From a virus (taxonomy: Duplodnaviria; Caudoviricetes), in the IMG/VR virus record IMGVR_UViG_3300017776_000007, positions 1,664 through 65,663 of that record: DNA of 64,000 bases; one strand, 5' to 3'. A program made the position numbers and the translations under genes. A model generated the notes under the pieces. The model was not told where the DNA came from. It saw nothing but the letters and a program-made list of their open reading frames with translations, and did no database searches. Of the stretch, positions 56,537-64,000 are shown piece by piece (the first letter of the stretch is position 1; the number at the start of each line of letters is the position of its first letter).

Positions 56537-57802
56537 TTGGCTAGATTAACGAATATAAAACTAAGGCGTTCGGGAACATCCGGTAACGTCCCCACTACGT
56601 CCCAGCTAGACCTGGGCGAATTAGCAATTAATACTTACGATGGTAAACTTTATTTAAAGAAGAACGTAAGTGGAACAGAAAGCATTGTTGATGTCGGCGG
56701 TAGTGGCCAATCTGCAGTATATAAAGAATATGTTTATACTGCTACTTCTAATCAAACCACATTTACGGGTTCTGATGACAATTCACAAACCCTTTCATAC
56801 ATACCAGATTTTTTACAAGTATTTTTAAACGGTGTTCTATTAGAAAATGGGACCGATTATGCTGCAACTTCACTTACATCTGTTGTCCTAGTAAATGGTG
56901 CATCAGCAGGTGATATATTACAGATTTCTACTTTCGTAAAGGTATTAGGTACAGGAGATATTGTTACTGATACCTTTACTGGAAATGGAAGTACTGCCGC
57001 ATATACATTATCAGCAACTCCAGATACCGAAGATAATATAAGTGTCTTTGCCGATGGTGTATATCAAGAAAAATCCACTTATTCACTTTCAGGTAATACA
57101 TTAACCTTTAATGCAAATTTACCCAATGGGGTAACTGCTGAAGTTGTTATCGGTAGTAGTAATGTAACCCTTACAAATATTGCTGATTTAAATATAGGTG
57201 GCAACTTAACACTTGTTGATAATAAAAAGATTTCTTTGGGGAATAATGGCGATTTAGAAATTTATCATGATACAAATAATAGTATTATTAAAGACAATGG
57301 AACAGGTCATGTTCAGGTAAGGTCTGGGACAGTAACAATTGGTAATGCGGCATTAAATAAAACTTCAGCATTATTTAGTTCAGGTGGTGCGCAGACATTT
57401 TATCACGACAATTCACCTAAATTGGCAACCACTTCAACAGGTATTAATGTAACTGGAGAAGTCAAACTTAGTAATACAGCAGTATCTAATACTGCCAGTA
57501 CAAATACCTCAAGCACATCTCAAACTCAAATTTATGCATTTAGTGCATCAGTATATAGATCAGCCAAATTCACTATTCAAGTAACTAATAATACTGATGA
57601 TACTTATCATATTACTGAATTACTTTTAGTGCATGATGGCACAACACCTTCTATAACAGAATTTGGAGAAATACACACTGGTAGTGCAGTAGAGGCGACA
57701 TTTGACGCAGATATTAGTTCAGGCAATGTTCGACTACTTGCAACTCCTGCCGCTTCCGACTCTATGACCTTTAAAGTTCTTGCACATAATATCATAGTCT
57801 AA
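56537..57802 (+). CDS. Tail fibre-like protein
   Basis: IKLRRS...GELAINTYDGKLY; YTATSNQTTF modules; YRSAKFTIQV C-terminal domain; TTG start after AGGAG. Confidence 0.75.
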   Translation: MARLTNIKLRRSGTSGNVPTTSQLDLGELAINTYDGKLYLKKNVSGTESIVDVGGSGQSAVYKEYVYTATSNQTTFTGSDDNSQTLSYIPDFLQVFLNGVLLENGTDYAATSLTSVVLVNGASAGDILQISTFVKVLGTGDIVTDTFTGNGSTAAYTLSATPDTEDNISVFADGVYQEKSTYSLSGNTLTFNANLPNGVTAEVVIGSSNVTLTNIADLNIGGNLTLVDNKKISLGNNGDLEIYHDTNNSIIKDNGTGHVQVRSGTVTIGNAALNKTSALFSSGGAQTFYHDNSPKLATTSTGINVTGEVKLSNTAVSNTASTNTSSTSQTQIYAFSASVYRSAKFTIQVTNNTDDTYHITELLLVHDGTTPSITEFGEIHTGSAVEATFDADISSGNVRLLATPAASDSMTFKVLAHNIIV

Positions 57803-57813
57803 AAACTAATTTA

Positions 57814-57821
57814 TATAAATA
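57814..57821 (+). promoter_or_regulatory. T4-type late promoter
   Basis: TATAAATA upstream of ATG 57855. Confidence 0.7.
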
Positions 57822-57854
57822 GATATATAATTAAACCGTGGAGAGTGAAACGGA

Positions 57855-60800
57855 ATGGCGACAGAAAAAGATTTCAAGGTAAAGAACGGCCTACAGGTAG
57901 GTAATGGCCTAATCAATGCAACTAGTGGTGATGTCTCGCTTAGAAGAGGCATGTCATCTACAAACAGAATTAGAATTACCAGTGGTAATATCATAAATGA
58001 TACCAATGTTATTATTTCTGGTAATTTGGAAGTTAGTGGTAATTTTAATATTACCGGTGATATAAACCAAACCTCAGTCACAACTCTCGACGTAACCGAT
58101 AAAACAATTACAGTAGCAAATAATGCTGGTTCAGCTTCAAATGCAAATGGCGCTGGTATTATAGTTGATACTGGCACTAATAATCCACAAATGATTTACA
58201 CTAGTGCTACTGATGAGTGGGACTTTAATAGAAGTATTGATATAAATGGCGGATCAGGTACTGGTCTTAAAATCCATTCTGGTGGAGCTATTGTTGGTGC
58301 TAAATCAGGTGGTGATACTCAGTTAATGTATTGGGGTGGTGGCCCCGTATATTATGGTAGAAGTAATTTAGGTGGAACAGTATCAGGGCATGAATTTAGA
58401 ATTGGTGGTGTTACAAAATTAAACGTTGATTCAAGTGGAGATACTGTAGTATCAGGTAATTTAAAACTTGGTGCTAATGATTTATTATATACAGGTGGTG
58501 TTAACTTTGATATCAAACACACCGTTTCTTCTCAAAATATAACTTTACATACTACTACTTCGGGTGGTGCCACTAGTGAAATAGTAAGAGTTACCCATAA
58601 TAAACGTGTCGGAATTAATATTCAATCTCCAGATGCTCCTTTACACGTTGAAGATTCTCCAGCAGGAACAAGTGCTTATGGAGGACTTAAGGTTGTAGGT
58701 GCAGGAACTGGTTCAGGTTCAAGTAATGTTCGACAGATTGCAGATTTCGGAAGAACAAGTTCTGGTAGTGATAGTGGTGCATGGATAGGGGGAAGAACAG
58801 ACGAAACAACAGCAATCTTTGGCGCAAAAACTGCATCAGGTAATATTGCATTCGAGGTCTATCAGAGTGGCTGGAAAGAAAGAATGCGTATTAAGAATGA
58901 TGGAAAAGTTGGAATTGGTACTGCAACTCCAATATCTCAATTACATTTAAATAAAGATACTTCTGGACATAATACAGATGGAATTACTATAGGTAAAGTA
59001 GAAGCTAATGGTTGGATAGACACAGATGAAGAAATGGGTAGATTGGGTTGGGCTGCAAGTTATGGCTCTTCATTTACTCCAGGCATAGGTGCTTATATTT
59101 CTGCTAAAGCAGATGCCAATTGGAATGGAACTGAAACTCCTACTAGACTAGGATTCTTTACAGCGCCCGAAAGTTCTACAACTCCTGTTGAAAGATTAAG
59201 AATTACCAAAGATGGTTATGTAGGAATTGGAACTGGCAGTTCTACTCCAATAGCAACATTACAAGTTGTAGGAACGGCCATGGTCGGTGTTAATGACTTT
59301 GGTTCTTATGATAGTGCTGATGGTAATTTAATGGTAAGTAATGGAAATAGTTCTACATCCATTTTACTCTATAATGACGCAAGTGCATATCACTCTGCTC
59401 TAGTAAATTATCATTCAGGTTTATTAAGCATAGGATTAAACAATGCTAATACTGTTAACAGTATTAAGACTGATACTGCAATATATGTTAATGCAGATGG
59501 TGTTGGTATTGGTAATAGTGCTCCTGATGCCAGATTGCATGTACAATCAAATCATTCTAGTGATTATATTGCTATATTTAAACAGACTCATACCTCAAAC
59601 TTAGGTACTGTACAAATTGATACACCTACAGATAATAATTCAAGACCTTCTCGATTAGACTTTGCCAGAGGTGGAACCGTTAAATGGAAAACCGGTATGG
59701 TTTATGGAGATACCTCGAATGGTTGGGGTTTATCCGATGCTACTGCATCAGGTACTGCTGTACAACAGACAAGATTTTTAGTACAACCTGGTGGCAACGT
59801 AGGTATAGGCACCACGCAACCGGTTGCGCCCCTCCACATCCAATTTTCAAACAATGACGGAGGTGTTGGAGGACACTTAATAAAAAATACCAATACAGGT
59901 ACTACAAGTAACTTTGCAAGTTTATCTACACAGGCGGTAAACGGAACAATACAAGGCACCTTTGGATCTGCCCATTATAGTAGTTGGGGTGGGGCTGTCG
60001 TTTTTGCAGGTTCTCAAAGCGCGCATCCGTTGAAAATTATAACAGGAAATAGTGTAAGAGCTACTTTTGATACCGGTGGTAGACTCGGAATAAATCAAAC
60101 TCCTTTAGCAAATAACTTTGCTCTTCAAGTTACTGGATTAGGTGGAGGTAGTAACGATGCACGAACTGTATACCTTAAAGGCGCTGGCAATCATACTGGT
60201 ATTGGAAGCACAGGACCAACACTCGTTTTACAGAATACAGACAATACAGCAAATAACATAGTTAAGTTAAGTTTTGAATCAGCAAGTGCTGGAGAAACAG
60301 TTTCGATTAATGCTATTAATACGAATCATAGTTCACACTATGGTGATATGGCATTTAATACCAGAGGCTCTTCTGGATACTCTGAAAAGATGCGTATTAA
60401 GTCTAATGGAGACGTAAAAGTAGGGACCTTAGCAGTAGGGAGTGCAACAACTGCTCCACTTCATGTGGCAAAAGCAAGTACGGATGTACAAGCAATTTTT
60501 GGAGATAATAATTCAAGTATTGATGATCCTTCAATAAGAATTATAGGAAGAAATAGCGCCAATAATGCTATTCGTTATACATTTTTAGGATTAGATGCTG
60601 ATGCTAATCATGGTTATCTTGGTTATAATGCAGGTGCTGGTGGGTTTATAAATGCATTAAGTTTTAATACTGATGGAATTATAACAGTAGAACAACATTT
60701 ACAACTAGCAGCAATTAATACCACTCATTCGTCAACACAAACTCAAAAAGTATTTATTTATGATACTAGGAAAGATAGTGATGGTGGTGCATGGAGACAT

Positions 60801-62984
60801 AGAACACAACACACTTCTTGGTATAATGAGGCAGCCTCTAGTACAAGAAGTGCAACTAAAAAATTCCCACAAGTAGCCGTTATTGTATCCACTTCAGATA
60901 AAGTATTTATTTATGATGGAGATGATCCAGATATGCCGGTGTGGATGGAATTTACATTATCAGATCATTCTGTTGCATCAAACTGGGCAAGTACTTCGGT
61001 CGGTTTAGGATCTCCATCATTCCAAAATGCTAATCCAAGAAGTGTATGTATGTTAAATGGATTACTCGTTATAGGATGTCAGTCAGGGAGCAATTTAGGT
61101 GGATATTTAGTAAACTTTATTAGTGAATGGATGTGTGATATGGTTAGCTATGGAACTGCCACTAGCCAATTTTATACTAAATTTGCAAATGGTATTGTAG
61201 AAAGAAATGTATCAGGTACCCGAGCAGTACCTCAAAGATATTCAGTTAGTGATCCTAATCCTAAAATTGTAGGAAGATTAAATAATGGCGCAGTTAATGA
61301 TGTTGATATGTGCGTTTTACCTGATGCACCTATTGACCCTTCAACTGGATTACCTGAACCTACAATTGCACTTGCAACTAACCAAGGCGTTAACATTATT
61401 ACCGACCAAGGAACAGTAGCATATATTACTGCTGGTGCAGGTAGTGCTTATAATCCTGCATCTTATGTAAGAATTACCGATAATTATAATTTAATATTTG
61501 AACAAGACTCTGCAGGAAGAGCTCAGTTTTATATACCATTAACAGAATCTAGTAGAACAACGCAAACGAGTGACGGTTCTATTACAGATAAAGTTATTAT
61601 GAGATGGTATGAAAGTGGAGGAAGTCATTACTTCCCATATTATAAAGGAACTGGAGTACAAAATGGCGAAGCGATGAAAGGAGATAGACATGCTCTCATA
61701 GGTGTTGAGGGTGACTTAACCTTAGTTGATCCACATGATGTATCCAATACAGATAACTATTCTGCCGCATATATTGGTTCAGATTATAGTACAGGTTGGA
61801 TGACAGGTGCAGGACATCTTGCAACTCTAAATGGAAAAACAACAGGTAATCTTACCACTTCTGATGTTTTAGGTGGAATTGGTAACTTTACATCAAGTGG
61901 TCTATGGACCATTCCATCTGGTTGGTCATTAAGTAGTAACATTGCTACAGGTAGTAATGCATCTGGGTATCTAACTCCTGCAACCGGTGGTCAATTAACA
62001 ACAGGAGACCAGTATCAGGTTACAATAACACAATCATCATGGAGCAGTGGTTATGCATATATCTATATGGGAACAGGTGCACCAAGCGGTAAAAATCATT
62101 ATATTAATTTACCTCAATCAACTGGGACCTTTACATATACTTTAACAGCATATAATACTAATTTTGGAATTTATGCGGCAAATTATAGTGGTGTTTTGGA
62201 TAATGTTACGGTTAAAAGGGTAGAACCTGATAGAACACCACATGAAGAAGGAGTATTACCTCACGGGACTATTACTAGAACTGCAGTTGAAACAGGAGCA
62301 GAACTTGTAGGTTATAGTGGATTTAATGCTAATAATTATTTAAGACACCCTGGATTTACTTTTGGTGGTGAATTTGTGGTATCATTTTGGATGAAAACAA
62401 ATACAAACTTCGGGTGTGCATTTCATACAGCACAAGGAACTAGAGTAGAATTTGCTGGCAGTGCCGTTAGGTTTACAATGTATGACGGAAGTTATACGGT
62501 TGATTTAAGGGATGAAGTATTCCCTACTCACGAATGGACAAAAGTTGATTGTATCAGAGATGGAGATTATGGGGCATTATATGTAAATGGCAGATTTGTA
62601 GAAGAAGAAACCCGTTCCAGTTTTGGAACTTTAAATGGTGATGGCGGCACTTTAACAATTGGTAATAGATCAGATTCGGCAAATGAGGCATTTGATGGAT
62701 CACTTGCCTTATTTAGAATTTCTAAGAAGGGAAGGCCAACAGCTGCACAAATACTTCAATACTATGAAGAAGAAAAACACTTATTCCAAGAAAATGCATA
62801 TATGACACTTGGTGGTACTAGTGATGTAGTAACTGCTCTTGCCTATGACCATGATACTGATTTATTACACGTTGGTAATTCATGGGGTAAATCTACCTTT
62901 AGTGGACTTAGAATGGTAGATTATACAAGTGATGTAGTTGCAAGTGATATAGACGCCAGTGGCGGAATGATAGTAGAGGATTAA
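57855..62984 (+). CDS. Long tail fibre / receptor-binding protein with LamG-like C-terminal domain
   Basis: KDFKVKNGL start, repeated ERMRI...G.VGIGT..P...LHV units, LYVNG...IGNR...FDG LamG-like motif. Confidence 0.8.
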   Translation: MATEKDFKVKNGLQVGNGLINATSGDVSLRRGMSSTNRIRITSGNIINDTNVIISGNLEVSGNFNITGDINQTSVTTLDVTDKTITVANNAGSASNANGAGIIVDTGTNNPQMIYTSATDEWDFNRSIDINGGSGTGLKIHSGGAIVGAKSGGDTQLMYWGGGPVYYGRSNLGGTVSGHEFRIGGVTKLNVDSSGDTVVSGNLKLGANDLLYTGGVNFDIKHTVSSQNITLHTTTSGGATSEIVRVTHNKRVGINIQSPDAPLHVEDSPAGTSAYGGLKVVGAGTGSGSSNVRQIADFGRTSSGSDSGAWIGGRTDETTAIFGAKTASGNIAFEVYQSGWKERMRIKNDGKVGIGTATPISQLHLNKDTSGHNTDGITIGKVEANGWIDTDEEMGRLGWAASYGSSFTPGIGAYISAKADANWNGTETPTRLGFFTAPESSTTPVERLRITKDGYVGIGTGSSTPIATLQVVGTAMVGVNDFGSYDSADGNLMVSNGNSSTSILLYNDASAYHSALVNYHSGLLSIGLNNANTVNSIKTDTAIYVNADGVGIGNSAPDARLHVQSNHSSDYIAIFKQTHTSNLGTVQIDTPTDNNSRPSRLDFARGGTVKWKTGMVYGDTSNGWGLSDATASGTAVQQTRFLVQPGGNVGIGTTQPVAPLHIQFSNNDGGVGGHLIKNTNTGTTSNFASLSTQAVNGTIQGTFGSAHYSSWGGAVVFAGSQSAHPLKIITGNSVRATFDTGGRLGINQTPLANNFALQVTGLGGGSNDARTVYLKGAGNHTGIGSTGPTLVLQNTDNTANNIVKLSFESASAGETVSINAINTNHSSHYGDMAFNTRGSSGYSEKMRIKSNGDVKVGTLAVGSATTAPLHVAKASTDVQAIFGDNNSSIDDPSIRIIGRNSANNAIRYTFLGLDADANHGYLGYNAGAGGFINALSFNTDGIITVEQHLQLAAINTTHSSTQTQKVFIYDTRKDSDGGAWRHRTQHTSWYNEAASSTRSATKKFPQVAVIVSTSDKVFIYDGDDPDMPVWMEFTLSDHSVASNWASTSVGLGSPSFQNANPRSVCMLNGLLVIGCQSGSNLGGYLVNFISEWMCDMVSYGTATSQFYTKFANGIVERNVSGTRAVPQRYSVSDPNPKIVGRLNNGAVNDVDMCVLPDAPIDPSTGLPEPTIALATNQGVNIITDQGTVAYITAGAGSAYNPASYVRITDNYNLIFEQDSAGRAQFYIPLTESSRTTQTSDGSITDKVIMRWYESGGSHYFPYYKGTGVQNGEAMKGDRHALIGVEGDLTLVDPHDVSNTDNYSAAYIGSDYSTGWMTGAGHLATLNGKTTGNLTTSDVLGGIGNFTSSGLWTIPSGWSLSSNIATGSNASGYLTPATGGQLTTGDQYQVTITQSSWSSGYAYIYMGTGAPSGKNHYINLPQSTGTFTYTLTAYNTNFGIYAANYSGVLDNVTVKRVEPDRTPHEEGVLPHGTITRTAVETGAELVGYSGFNANNYLRHPGFTFGGEFVVSFWMKTNTNFGCAFHTAQGTRVEFAGSAVRFTMYDGSYTVDLRDEVFPTHEWTKVDCIRDGDYGALYVNGRFVEEETRSSFGTLNGDGGTLTIGNRSDSANEAFDGSLALFRISKKGRPTAAQILQYYEEEKHLFQENAYMTLGGTSDVVTALAYDHDTDLLHVGNSWGKSTFSGLRMVDYTSDVVASDIDASGGMIVED

Positions 62985-62986
62985 AA

Positions 62987-63538
62987 ATGGCAATAAAAGT
63001 TACAAAACCCGAAATTAATTTAAGAGAAAAACTAGCAGAACTAGACTTTGATCAAGTACCTTATCATAAAATACCTAAGGGCAGTAGTATTCAAACAAAT
63101 TATACACTGTTAGCAGGAAGTGGTAGTGCAAATGAATCTGAAACAAACTCCAGTAGTTTTCAACAAACTAATTTTACTGTGTCAATAAATCCTAGATTTA
63201 AAAATAGCCTTTTCAAAGTAGAGGCAGCACCTAATGCAAAAATGAATGGAGCTAGTGCGTATCAAGCAGTGGGCCTTTTTAGAAAAATTGGAGATGGCGA
63301 CTTCGTTCAGATACCTAATAATAGTACTCTTTCTCCACACGGCCAAATGACTTTAAGATGGTTAGGGTCTTCTACATGGTGGGGAATTGTTCCTATATTA
63401 GTATTTGATAATCCTAATACACTTGAAACAGTCGAATACAGAATATTCCAGAGAAATAGTACTAATGGTTCATTTCAAGTAAGAATAGGAGAAAACGGTG
63501 CTGATGAACATATAAGTGTAACGGAGATAAAACAATGA
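62987..63538 (+). CDS. Fibre-associated protein
   Basis: KPEINLREKL N-terminus, beta-sandwich-like C-terminus ending VTEIKQ. Confidence 0.65.
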   Translation: MAIKVTKPEINLREKLAELDFDQVPYHKIPKGSSIQTNYTLLAGSGSANESETNSSSFQQTNFTVSINPRFKNSLFKVEAAPNAKMNGASAYQAVGLFRKIGDGDFVQIPNNSTLSPHGQMTLRWLGSSTWWGIVPILVFDNPNTLETVEYRIFQRNSTNGSFQVRIGENGADEHISVTEIKQ

Positions 63539-64000
63539 TAACAAAGGGTGATGTATTATTAAGTTTAAGGCCTGGTGCTGAATGGAATGTAGTGGGTGGT
63601 GTTATCACTTGGTTAGACACAGAGCAAACTGAACCTACTGCTGATGAAATTAGAGATGAACTTGTTAGATTACAATATAAGGCAGAGGTAGAGGATTATA
63701 AAGAAAAGAGAGCTGGTGAATATCCCCCAAAAGAGGACTATTTAGACGGTGTAGTAAAAAATGATCAAGATCAAATAGATGCCTACGTTGCTGCATGTCA
63801 AGCAGTGAAGGATAAATATCCTAAAGCAACTATGGATGATGATGAACTCGCGTCTAGGCAAGCACAAGCATTATTTGATGAACAGGCAATTAATTATACT
63901 AATGCAAAAGAAAGATTAGAGCAGTATTTAGTATCTGAAGGTAAAGAATCAATTACTACTACGGAAGTAATAGGTCAAGATTTAAATGATGAAACAAATG
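63535..64000 (+). CDS. Tail fibre assembly protein (XkdW-like), truncated by the window end
   Basis: LRPGAEW, PT..EI, Y...R..EYP, VKDKYPK. Confidence 0.65.
   Translation, partial: MITKGDVLLSLRPGAEWNVVGGVITWLDTEQTEPTADEIRDELVRLQYKAEVEDYKEKRAGEYPPKEDYLDGVVKNDQDQIDAYVAACQAVKDKYPKATMDDDELASRQAQALFDEQAINYTNAKERLEQYLVSEGKESITTTEVIGQDLNDETN

Noticed and set aside
46086-59959. Many 60-165 aa minus-strand ORFs inside structural genes
   Set aside because: They lie fully within long, well-supported + strand genes and reflect codon bias.
1-64000. Alternative genetic code or tRNA genes
   Set aside because: Core genes are full length under the standard code with all three stop codons used; no tRNA-like sequence was recognised in the short intergenic gaps.

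Overview
A 64-kb AT-rich segment of a T4-like myovirus genome. The gene content resembles aquatic/marine T4-like phages of Proteobacteria, but the host cannot be determined from this window. 1-9.2 kb: DNA metabolism and auxiliary genes (glutaredoxin, GIY-YIG nuclease, RNase H, pyrimidine-dimer glycosylase-like protein, PhoH, exonuclease, peroxiredoxin, HAD phosphatases, ATP-dependent ligase). 9.2-20 kb: a late-promoter accessory block with a lysozyme, holin-like membrane proteins and a CsgF-CsgG-curlin-FecR-curlin-CHASE2 adenylate cyclase module. 20-24 kb: small early genes behind strong sigma70 promoters. 24-27 kb: gp33, gp59, gp32. 27-64 kb: tail, baseplate and fibre genes. The strongest leads are (1) the curli-pore/FecR/CHASE2-cyclase module, a possible trans-envelope cAMP signalling system; (2) a terminator-like hairpin at 24085-24143 whose loop is antisense to the extended ribosome-binding site shared by several early genes; (3) a candidate -1 frameshift joining gp26 and gp51; (4) repeated leaderless promoter-ATG layouts. 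All product calls come from motif recognition and gene order; no database searches were run.
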